DNA of 64,000 bases from Thermoplasmata archaeon (GTDB taxonomy: Archaea; Thermoplasmatota; Thermoplasmata; Lutacidiplasmatales; UBA184), in contig JAKIVS010000006.1 of NCBI GenBank assembly GCA_022750435.1, forward strand, positions 36,732 through 100,731, given 5' to 3'. The translations under genes were made by a program, and so were the position numbers. Below are positions 49,927 to 57,821 of the stretch, one piece after another; the stretch's first letter is position 1, and every line of letters begins with the position of its first letter. The notes beneath the pieces are model-generated. The model was given only the letters and a program-made list of their open reading frames with translations, was not told the DNA's origin and did not search any database.

Positions 49927-50582
49927 CCGGGGCCGATGGGAGGGTGCTTCGACGGGTCGATCGTCTGGAGGTAGATGTCGCCCGGCCCGTCGACCCGGAG
50001 CGCCTCGAAGCTCATCGCGTGCCCGACGAGCCCGCCGCCGAGCGGTTGGTTGTAGGCGCGGACGTTGACGCTGGCGTCCTTCATCACGAGGGCGCCGTGG
50101 TCGATGTCCATCGCCTCGCCCTGGGCGAGGGTGAACTTCAGGATGTTCCCGTGGCCCTGGAACGCGAAGGTGCCGGGGCCGGTGAGCCGGTCCATCCAGA
50201 ACCCGATCATCCGTCCGATCCGTCCGGTCCCCTGGACGTAGAAGGTGTCGTACTGGATCCCGTTCGTGGCGAGCAGCAGGGAATGCTCGGCGACGTCGAC
50301 GGCTTTCCCTGCCTCGAGCTCGACGACGCGGGTCTCGCCCGGTCGGAACCGGCTGAACGCCACGTAGCCCGGGCCGGTGTATTCGTGGAGCGTGAACGGG
50401 AGTCCGCCGACGAGGGTGCGCTTCAGGGTGCCGAACACGCCGCCCTGCGTGAGCCACCGGTAGCCGAATCCGATCGTCGGGTCCGAATAGACCATCAGGC
50501 CCCCCTCGCAGAAGATCTGCTCGCCGGGGCCGAGGGTCGCGAGCGCGATGGGGATGTAGTCGCCCTTGATGTCGACCTGCAT
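49923..50582 (-). CDS. AIM24/DUF124 (TIGR00266) family protein, paralog 3
   Basis: ..LATLGPGEQIFCEGGLMVY...GGVFGTLKRTLVGGLPFTLHEYTGPGYVAFS..., RLTGPGTFAFQGHGNILKFTLAQGEAMDIDHGALV and DGPGDIYLQT form the canonical AIM24 pattern. Confidence 0.75.
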   Translation of the reverse strand: MQVDIKGDYIPIALATLGPGEQIFCEGGLMVYSDPTIGFGYRWLTQGGVFGTLKRTLVGGLPFTLHEYTGPGYVAFSRFRPGETRVVELEAGKAVDVAEHSLLLATNGIQYDTFYVQGTGRIGRMIGFWMDRLTGPGTFAFQGHGNILKFTLAQGEAMDIDHGALVMKDASVNVRAYNQPLGGGLVGHAMSFEALRVDGPGDIYLQTIDPSKHPPIGPG

Positions 50583-50588
50583 TGCCCC

Positions 50589-51251
50589 TCACGCCCCGCT
50601 GTGGACGAGGACCCGGCCGGGTCCGGTGAGGTCGAGGACGGGCAGCGGCACTCCGCCGGTGGAGGCCATCGACGGCGACGCGAGCCAGTCGACCCGGACC
50701 GACACCGTGTTCGCGGCGGCGAGCAGCGCCGCCACGTTCGTCCGCATCCGTTCGCCCGGTTGGAGCTGGAAGGAGAGGATGTTGCCGTACGACTGGAAGA
50801 CAATCGTTCCCGGGCCGGTCATCTCGTCGGCGAACAGGTACGTCACCGGCCGCTGGCCGTTCGCGTCCGGGTACGGGGCCGGAAACTGCGCGAGCACCAT
50901 CGGGTAGTACCGCGCCGACTCCTCGAAGCAGATCAGGTGGCCGTCCCGCAGCCGGAGCGTTTCCCCCGGGGCGAGCGGAAGGACGCGGACCTCCCCGCCC
51001 TTGTCGCGCGAGAACGAGACGTGGCCGGGCCCTTCGAACTCGGCGAAGAAGTAGTTCTCGTCGCTGTCGCCCATCGCGTGCATCCCCATCAGGTGGGTCC
51101 GACTGACGCCGAGGGACTTCATCGTCCGGCGATGGATCTGCACGGGCTGCTCCTTGTAGAGCATCAATCCGTGCGCCGCGAGGACCTTCTCGCCGGGCCG
51201 CAGGGTGACGAGGACCGCCGGTGCGATCCCTCCGACCGAGTCGGCCTGCAC
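50589..51251 (-). CDS. AIM24/DUF124 family protein, paralog 2 (divergent)
   Basis: ..VLVTLRPGEKVLAAHGLMLY..., FEGPGHVSFS, MTGPGTIVFQSYGNILSFQLQPGERM and LTGPGRVLVHS. It keeps the same scaffold but has divergent loops. Confidence 0.65.
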   Translation of the reverse strand: MQADSVGGIAPAVLVTLRPGEKVLAAHGLMLYKEQPVQIHRRTMKSLGVSRTHLMGMHAMGDSDENYFFAEFEGPGHVSFSRDKGGEVRVLPLAPGETLRLRDGHLICFEESARYYPMVLAQFPAPYPDANGQRPVTYLFADEMTGPGTIVFQSYGNILSFQLQPGERMRTNVAALLAAANTVSVRVDWLASPSMASTGGVPLPVLDLTGPGRVLVHSGA

Positions 51252-51264
51252 CGTGGTCGCCCCC

Positions 51265-51453
51265 CTACGTCACCGGGCGTTCGTCGACCGCGAGGGAGTA
51301 CGCGCCGCCGCAGTACTCGCATTTCGCGTAGCCGGACTGGATGTTCTTCGCCGTGATCCGCGCTCCGCACCCCTTGCAGCTCATGTCCTGCAAGGAGGCC
51401 CGGCTGACGGTCACTTCGGTCCGCTTCTTGACGAACTCTTCCGGAATCGGCAT
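51265..51453 (-). CDS. 62-aa zinc-ribbon protein
   Basis: ..CKGCGARITAKNIQSGYAKCEYCGG.. is a CxxC-x16-CxxC ribbon. It sits between AIM24 paralogs 1 and 2 with gaps of 18 and 13 nt. Confidence 0.55.
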   Translation of the reverse strand: MPIPEEFVKKRTEVTVSRASLQDMSCKGCGARITAKNIQSGYAKCEYCGGAYSLAVDERPVT

Positions 51454-51471
51454 GCGTTCTCCGAACCTCCC

Positions 51472-52119
51472 TCAGAAGTGGTGCGACTTCGGGTCGATGC
51501 TCTGGATGGCGATCTGGCCGGGCCCGATGAGCTCGAGCACCTCGTACGCCTCGAGCTTCCCGAGCAGGCCTCCGCCGAACGGGAGGTTCACGGTCTTCGC
51601 CTCCACGCTCCCGTCCTTCCACAGCATCCCGCCCATGTCGACGTGGATCATCTCCCGCGGCGCGAGGGTCATCGAGAGGATGTTCCCGTAGCCGTGGACC
51701 GCGACCTTCCCCGGTCCGGTGAGCCGGTCGAGCCAGAGCCCGGACATCCGTCCCGGGCGGTGGGTTCCCTTGACGTACTCCATTCCGTACCGGATCCGGG
51801 CATCCGCGCAGAGCAACGACCCCTCGGCGACGTCGATCGTCTGGTTCGGGGCGAGCTCCAGGATGCGGACCTCGCCGGTACCGTCCCGGGACATCCCCAC
51901 GTGCCCGGGCCCGGTGAATTCGGTCAGGAAGAACGGAATCCCGCCCACCGTCGTTCGTTCGAGCGTCTGGAGGAGACCGCCGCCCTGGACCGTCTTGCGT
52001 GAGACCCCGACGGGTGGGTCCTTGAACAGCATGATGCCGTGCTCACCGTAGACCGCCTCGTTGGCGCCCAGGGTCACGAGAACGGTCGGCACCAGGCCGG
52101 GCAGGCACTCGAGTTCCAC
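51472..52119 (-). CDS. AIM24/DUF124 family protein, paralog 1
   Basis: ..VLVTLGANEAVYGEHGIMLF...GGLLQTLERTTVGGIPFFLTEFTGPGHVGMS..., RLTGPGKVAVHGYGNILSMTL and IGPGQIAIQS. It is closely related to paralog 3. Confidence 0.75.
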   Translation of the reverse strand: MELECLPGLVPTVLVTLGANEAVYGEHGIMLFKDPPVGVSRKTVQGGGLLQTLERTTVGGIPFFLTEFTGPGHVGMSRDGTGEVRILELAPNQTIDVAEGSLLCADARIRYGMEYVKGTHRPGRMSGLWLDRLTGPGKVAVHGYGNILSMTLAPREMIHVDMGGMLWKDGSVEAKTVNLPFGGGLLGKLEAYEVLELIGPGQIAIQSIDPKSHHF

Positions 52120-52147
52120 GGTCCTCGCCGTTGCGACAGCGGTCGTA

Positions 52148-53023
52148 CTATGTGACCGTTTCTTTGGGGCGAGATGTGCGGGGGCTCTTGGGACGCTCCG
52201 GCGTTCCTCCGGCCCCCAACAGGTCCATGACGCCGGTCCCGAGCCACTGCCCGCCGTCCACCGCGAGCACCTGGCCGGTGATGTAGGACGCGGACGGGCC
52301 GGCGAGGAAGCTGACCGCGTCCGCGATCTCCTCGACGGTCCCGAACCGCCCCAGGGGGATCCCCCGTGTCACGGCCGCGACCAGCCTCGGGCTCCTCCAG
52401 AGCCGCTCGTCAGTTCCCGCGGTCCGGACTGGACCGGGCGCCACCGCGTTCACCCGGATGCCATGCGGTGCCCACTCGACCGCCAGAGCCCGGGTGAGCG
52501 CGAGCACCCCCGCCTTCGCCGCAGCCGAGTGGGCCGTGCCGGGTCCCGCCATCCAGGCGTAGGACGCCACGATGTTGACGATCGAGCTTCCGCGCCGCTT
52601 GCGCAACAGCGGGAACGCGGCGCGCGAAACGTAGAACGTCCCGTCGAGGACGATGCCGACGACGGCCCGCCAGCCGTTCGGGGAGATCGACTCCGCCGGA
52701 GCAATGAAATTGCCGGCGGCGTTGTTCACGACGAGGTCGAGCCGTCCGAAGCGCGCCCGGATTCGTTCGACCAGGCGGTCGGCCTGCTCCGGGTCCCGAA
52801 CGTCGGTGGGCACCGTCTCGACGGCGGCCCCGCTTCCCGCCAGCGCCGCCGCTCCGGCGGCCAGGTGGACCGGCGATCGGCTGGCCAGCACCAAGTCGTG
52901 TCCATCGCGGGCGAGGCGCTGCGCGATGGCAAGTCCGATCCCCGTCCCACCGCCGGTGACGAGGGCAACCGGGCGGGGAACGGGAGGCTCCGGGGGGCTC
53001 GATCGGTGCGACCTTCTTACCAT
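52148..53023 (-). CDS. SDR family oxidoreductase (dienoyl/enoyl-CoA-reductase-like)
   Basis: VALVTGGGTGIGLAIA (TGxxxGxG), NNAAGNF and the catalytic S...YAWMAGPGTAHSAAAKAG context. ATG 53023 removes an over-extended N-terminus. Confidence 0.85.
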   Translation of the reverse strand: MVRRSHRSSPPEPPVPRPVALVTGGGTGIGLAIAQRLARDGHDLVLASRSPVHLAAGAAALAGSGAAVETVPTDVRDPEQADRLVERIRARFGRLDLVVNNAAGNFIAPAESISPNGWRAVVGIVLDGTFYVSRAAFPLLRKRRGSSIVNIVASYAWMAGPGTAHSAAAKAGVLALTRALAVEWAPHGIRVNAVAPGPVRTAGTDERLWRSPRLVAAVTRGIPLGRFGTVEEIADAVSFLAGPSASYITGQVLAVDGGQWLGTGVMDLLGAGGTPERPKSPRTSRPKETVT

Positions 53024-53192
53024 GGGCACTGTCCCTTCGATCGCGGGTCGTTCTCTGGGAATCCCGCCGGGGAACGGAATCCGAAGGAAGGCTCTTAGCC
53101 CAGCCGGTCCGGGCGGATCCGAAGGGCGCTGGCCGGCCACGACCGACTCCAATGAGACACCGGAAGGTGCGGGGGTGAGAGTCGAGACGGCG

Positions 53193-53202
53193 ACATTAAT
53201 AC
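53193..53202 (+). promoter_or_regulatory. TATA box ACATTAATAC
   Basis: It lies 20-30 nt upstream of GTG 53223, which predicts a leaderless mRNA for the thermopsin-like gene. Confidence 0.45.
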
Positions 53203-53222
53203 GGGACCTCCCTCGCCGCCCC

Positions 53223-55391
53223 GTGCGTCGAAGCGGCTCCCCCATCCGGCCCTTCGCAACCGTCGCCTTGCTCTGGGTCTCGCTGGCGTTCGTCGTTCCC
53301 GGAGCTGTCTCGTTGCCGCCGACGGCGCACGGAGACACCGGCGGTTCCGGTACGACTCTCCTCGCGGCACCGCACCGGTCGGCTCCGATGAGCTCCTCCG
53401 GCGCGTTCCTGGCGCTCCATCCGCCGGCCCCCCCGCGCCGCCTGACCCACCCGGCCTTGGGCGGGGGCGACATCATCAACGTCAACAACTCCTACACCCG
53501 CGAGCCGGCCCCGATGGGGGTCACCGATTTCGGGGTCACCCCGAACTGGACCGGCTACGCCTACGCGACCCCGGAGTTCCAGGCGAGCGCGACCATCCAC
53601 TCGTTGGTCGCCTCGTCGTCCGGTTCGGCCGGGACCGACATGGGATTCCAGCTCAATGTCGAAGATGTCGTGGCGGGCGGGGGCTCGACCTACGTGTTCT
53701 GGATCCAGGACGTCGCGTTCTTCGACACCTCGGTGAATCAGATGACCTGGGAGGACAACGTCTGGAACCTCTCCGCGGGCACGGGGGCGCTCCCGGCGAA
53801 CAGCCTCGCCGGGAACGGCACAATCAACAGCGGGACGTACTACGCCGACGTCGCTTCGGCGTACGGTTCGCCCGCGACCCTGACCGAGCCGACCACCATC
53901 TACGCCCGGGTCATCGCGAGCAACGCCTCCGGGGAGCCCCATGTCGGGTTCGAGTACAACGACGGATACGGCTGGATCATCTTCGACAACGTCACCTTCC
54001 CGTTCCTGACGAACGGCGTGAACCGCGGATTCCTCGTGAGCGGCTACCAGTACACACCGCTCGGCGGTTACCTGGACGCCGAATGGGACATGGGCGGCCC
54101 CTGCTGCGGCCTGTCGCAGACCCTTGGCCGCTCCGACGTAGACATGAGCCTCTCGTACTGGAATGGGCACAATCTGCAGGCGGTCCGGTCCGCGTTCGAC
54201 TACGGGGCGAACACAGGGGAATCGATGGGGAACGTGGCGGACCAGTTCGGCACCTCCAACTCGACCGGGGCGGTGTTCGGACAGGCGGTCAACGGCAGCG
54301 GCAGCCTCGGACCCTTGTACGGCTCCTCGAATGTGGCGACGTTGCGGGTGTCGACCGGCAGCCAGAGTTCGGGCGTCCTCCAACTGAACGGCGTGGACGC
54401 CCCGTACGGGGGTGGGGTCGCGAACTTCACGATCGCTCCCGGGGCGTACGAGGTCAACTTGACGGCGAACGGCAGCTACGAGGCCGGCACCAACGTCACG
54501 CTCTCGGCGGGCGAGTTCCTCACCATCTCGATCACGCCGATCCCCCGCTTCGCCCTCCAGTTCATCGCCGTCGGACTCCCGCCCGGGACCCCGTGGTCGG
54601 TGAACGTCTCCGGCGAGCTTCTCTCGGGTCGGTCGGAGGTCGAGGGACTGTTCCTCCGCAACGGGAGCTACACCTACGTTCTCGGACCCGTCCCGGGCTA
54701 CTCCCCCACGTCCTACGGCGGGTCGGTGGACGTCAACGGGACCACGCGCAATCTCACGATCCCCTGGACCCAGTTCCTGTTCGTGGCGGAGTTCGTCGCC
54801 GAGAACGACCCCGGCGGGGTGGCCTGGAACGTCTCGATCGGGGGTGGTCCGCCGGTCGCGACCACCGGGGACACGATCCGGGTCGACCTTCCGAACGGCT
54901 CGTACACCTACTCCGTCGGGGCCCCCTCCAGCATCGCGGTCTCACCGGCGAGCGGCCCCGTCAACGTCACCGGGGGCAACGCGCTGGTGGACCTGGGATT
55001 CTCCGTCGCGCCCGGTACCCTCGCCGGCACGGTGTCCCCGGTCCTCGCCGCCGTGTCCGTGGACGGGGCGTCGGTCACGGTGTCGAACGGTGCGTTCTCG
55101 GTTCTGCTGCCCGCGGGCGTCCACCAGGTGGTCGCCTCGCTGACGGGGTATCGCACCGTGGACCGGACCGTGACGCTCGCCGCCGGGGCGACCGTCACGA
55201 TCCAGTTCGTCCTCAACGCGACGGGCATGCTGCCGGGCACCGGGGATGGGGGCGGAGGGACGAACCCCTGGTCGCTCGGCGGGACGGACACGCTGCTTGC
55301 CCTCGGCGCGGTGGGCGCGATCGTCGTCGTCACGGCGGTCCTCCTGGTCGCTCGGCGAAGGCCGCCGACGACGACGCCGAATTCCCCCTAG
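53223..55391 (+). CDS. thermopsin-like (peptidase A5) surface protein with C-terminal beta-sandwich modules and TM anchor
   Basis: Signal peptide VRRSGSPIRPFATVALLWVSLAFVVPGAVSL. YTREPAPMGVTDFGV, GFQLNV and YVFWIQDVAFFDT resemble thermopsin family motifs. Repeated GLPPGTPWSVNVSG...NGSYTY..GPVPGY-type modules follow. C-terminal LLALGAVGAIVVVTAVLLVA + RRR. The start is uncertain, with GTG 53175 as the alternative. Confidence 0.6.
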   Translation: MRRSGSPIRPFATVALLWVSLAFVVPGAVSLPPTAHGDTGGSGTTLLAAPHRSAPMSSSGAFLALHPPAPPRRLTHPALGGGDIINVNNSYTREPAPMGVTDFGVTPNWTGYAYATPEFQASATIHSLVASSSGSAGTDMGFQLNVEDVVAGGGSTYVFWIQDVAFFDTSVNQMTWEDNVWNLSAGTGALPANSLAGNGTINSGTYYADVASAYGSPATLTEPTTIYARVIASNASGEPHVGFEYNDGYGWIIFDNVTFPFLTNGVNRGFLVSGYQYTPLGGYLDAEWDMGGPCCGLSQTLGRSDVDMSLSYWNGHNLQAVRSAFDYGANTGESMGNVADQFGTSNSTGAVFGQAVNGSGSLGPLYGSSNVATLRVSTGSQSSGVLQLNGVDAPYGGGVANFTIAPGAYEVNLTANGSYEAGTNVTLSAGEFLTISITPIPRFALQFIAVGLPPGTPWSVNVSGELLSGRSEVEGLFLRNGSYTYVLGPVPGYSPTSYGGSVDVNGTTRNLTIPWTQFLFVAEFVAENDPGGVAWNVSIGGGPPVATTGDTIRVDLPNGSYTYSVGAPSSIAVSPASGPVNVTGGNALVDLGFSVAPGTLAGTVSPVLAAVSVDGASVTVSNGAFSVLLPAGVHQVVASLTGYRTVDRTVTLAAGATVTIQFVLNATGMLPGTGDGGGGTNPWSLGGTDTLLALGAVGAIVVVTAVLLVARRRPPTTTPNSP

Positions 55392-56452
55392 CCCGCCAAC
55401 GGCGCGGCCGGGCCGTCAAGGAACGGCGCTCCCGAACCGGGCGACTCGACCCTCGGGGCGGTCCGTGCCCAGACGGGACCGCGGAGCCGAACGAGCAGGT
55501 AGAGCAGCGCCGCATCGAGGAGCAGCGCGACCGGATTGGTGGCGAACACGAGGAGAAGCCCCCAGGGCACCAGGATGGCGATCATCCCGGTCGCAAAGGA
55601 CAGGGCGGCCCGTTCGGCGTCCTCCGCGCGGAGTCGCTGGACGATCCGGGCGAGCACGGCGAGTTCGCCAAGGACCAGGACGATGCCGGCCCCGACGGCG
55701 GGAACGGCCGTGCGGGGGAGGATCGACCCGGTCACGAGCCAGAGCGGGAACCAGGCCGCTCCGAGCCAGGCGAACGTCCCGAGCGACCCGATCGTCCGTC
55801 CCGGCCGCGGCCGAAGGAAGTCGGCGGGGAGCCGATACGCGAGGGCGATTAGGACGCCGATCGCCCCGAGGAACAGGACGGCGAGGGCGAACGACGGTCG
55901 GCTCGGTGCGATCGCGCCGACAATCCCCACGTCGGCCAGGAACACCACGGCGGCCAGGCGGAGTCCGCGCGCGGCGACCAGAGGATGGCCATTCGTTTCG
56001 GGAGAGACGATCCCGACCAGGAGCAGCGGGAGCGCGATGCTGTAGACCGCGTGGAACGCGGCGAGTCCGAGGGCCCAGAACCAGTTGACGCCCCAGAGAT
56101 GGCCGTAGCTGCCGAGGATCCCGACCGGATTTCCCGACGGCTGGAAGAACGTGTGGACCATGAGGCCCTCCTCCGCGATGCCGTAGGCGCCTCCGAGGAG
56201 GAGGACCGAACCCCATCCCTTCCCCCATCGGAGGACCGTCTCCCGGATCAGGAGGGCGCCGGTCGTGTAGAGGCCGGCGTTGAGGAGGAAGAACAGGGCG
56301 AAGGCGGCCGGGTTGAGGAACAGCAGCGTCGCGGAGCTCGAGCCGGTCAGGTACTCCGGGATTCCCGGGGTCAGGAGGAGCAGAAGGAGGAGGGGACTCT
56401 TCCACCACCGTCGCGCCGGCGTCGAGCCGGGGACCGTGGGAGGGGACTCCAT
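55388..56452 (-). CDS. multi-pass integral membrane protein (unknown function)
   Basis: 354 aa with about 8-9 hydrophobic helices. The leaderless ATG 56452 lies about 28 nt downstream of a minus-strand TTTCTAATA box. 4-nt convergent overlap with the thermopsin-like gene. Confidence 0.6.
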   Translation of the reverse strand: MESPPTVPGSTPARRWWKSPLLLLLLLTPGIPEYLTGSSSATLLFLNPAAFALFFLLNAGLYTTGALLIRETVLRWGKGWGSVLLLGGAYGIAEEGLMVHTFFQPSGNPVGILGSYGHLWGVNWFWALGLAAFHAVYSIALPLLLVGIVSPETNGHPLVAARGLRLAAVVFLADVGIVGAIAPSRPSFALAVLFLGAIGVLIALAYRLPADFLRPRPGRTIGSLGTFAWLGAAWFPLWLVTGSILPRTAVPAVGAGIVLVLGELAVLARIVQRLRAEDAERAALSFATGMIAILVPWGLLLVFATNPVALLLDAALLYLLVRLRGPVWARTAPRVESPGSGAPFLDGPAAPLAG

Positions 56453-56520
56453 ACCCGTTCGACGCGGGGAGGCGGTATTAGAAATGGACAGGAAGATTCG
56501 GTGGGGAGAGGGGACACCGA

Positions 56521-57237
56521 ATGCCGCCCGCCCATCGCGCCCGAAACGTCCGATCCGAGGTCGCCGCGCCCGTCGTCGTGGGCGTCGACCTCGCGGGGAG
56601 TGAGGGGCGCCGCACGGGGTTCTGCACACTCGGCGCCGGGGGCGTGACCGTCACGCGCGTGTTGCATTCCGACGACGAGATCGTCGCGGCCGTCCACGCG
56701 GCCTCGCCCTCGGTCGTGAGCATCGATGCCCCCCTGTTCCTTCCGAAGGGGCGGACCTCGCCGGACAGCCGGGAGCCGTTCCACCTGCGGGCGTCGGACC
56801 GGATCCTGCAGCGGCTCGGCATCCGGTTCTTCACGGTGACGCTCGGCCCGATGCGAACGCTCACGGCGAGAGGCATTCGCCTCCGCGCGCGCCTCGAGGC
56901 GGACGGGTACCGGACCATCGAAGGGTACCCGGGCGCCGGTCAGGACCTGCTCGGAATTCCCCGCAAAGGGGAGGGGATCGAGCGGCTCCGCGCGGGGCTC
57001 GTGCGGACGGGTCTCCGCGGCGACATCGAGCGGGTCGACACCACGCACGACGAGCTCGATGCGGCGTCGGCGGCCGTGCTCGGGGAGCGGTACATGGCGG
57101 GGGATTTCGTCGCCATCGGCGACCCGAGCGAAGGATGGATGGTGCTCGCCCCCAAGTCGGCGGTCCTCGCGCGCTTTCGGGCTCGCGCGGCGGCCCAGGC
57201 GAAGGCCAAACGATCGACGTCGAGGCGGGCCCGATGA
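56521..57237 (+). CDS. DUF429 family protein (predicted RNase H-like fold nuclease)
   Basis: VVVGVDLAGSEGRRTGFCTL ... SVVSIDAPLFLP ... THDELDAASAA pattern of DUF429. Confidence 0.6.
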   Translation: MPPAHRARNVRSEVAAPVVVGVDLAGSEGRRTGFCTLGAGGVTVTRVLHSDDEIVAAVHAASPSVVSIDAPLFLPKGRTSPDSREPFHLRASDRILQRLGIRFFTVTLGPMRTLTARGIRLRARLEADGYRTIEGYPGAGQDLLGIPRKGEGIERLRAGLVRTGLRGDIERVDTTHDELDAASAAVLGERYMAGDFVAIGDPSEGWMVLAPKSAVLARFRARAAAQAKAKRSTSRRAR

Positions 57238-57818
57238 CGTTCGACGAGACGTACCGAGGGGGAACGCCCCCGTGGGACATTGGGCGGCCCCAAACCGAGG
57301 TCCTTCGCCTGCTGGACGAGGGCCGAGTGACGGCGCCCGTGCTGGATCTCGGATGTGGCACGGGGGAGACCGCCCTCGCCTGCGCCGCCCGTGGCCTCGA
57401 GGTCCTCGGCATCGACGCGGCGCCGACCGCGGTCGAGCGCGCGCTCGCCAAAGCGGAGTCGCGCCGCCTCCCGGCTCGGTTCCAGCTGGGAGACGCCCTC
57501 CACCTGGGCACGCTCGGCCGCTCCTTCGCGACCGTGCTCGACATCGGCCTCTTCCACACGTTCGACGACCCCGAACGAGCGCTGTACGTCGAGAGTCTCG
57601 CCTCCGTCGTCCGCCCCGGGGGTCACGTCTACGTGGAGTGCTTCAGCGACGCCGAGCCGGCGTGGGGCGGTCCCCGTCGGGTCCGGGCCGACGAGGTCTC
57701 GGCCGCGTTCGGAGCTCGCTTCGAGATCCTCGAGGTACGCCCCACGAAATTCGACACGCGTCCGCCCCTCGAGCCGGCCCACGCTTGGCTGGTCTCGCTG
57801 CGACGCCGTTCGAGTTGA
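57234..57818 (+). CDS. class I SAM-dependent methyltransferase (TPMT/TehB-like)
   Basis: PPWDIGRPQ, then VLDLGCGTGETAL (motif I). ATGA overlap with the DUF429 gene. Confidence 0.8.
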   Translation: MTFDETYRGGTPPWDIGRPQTEVLRLLDEGRVTAPVLDLGCGTGETALACAARGLEVLGIDAAPTAVERALAKAESRRLPARFQLGDALHLGTLGRSFATVLDIGLFHTFDDPERALYVESLASVVRPGGHVYVECFSDAEPAWGGPRRVRADEVSAAFGARFEILEVRPTKFDTRPPLEPAHAWLVSLRRRSS

Positions 57819-57821
57819 CGG

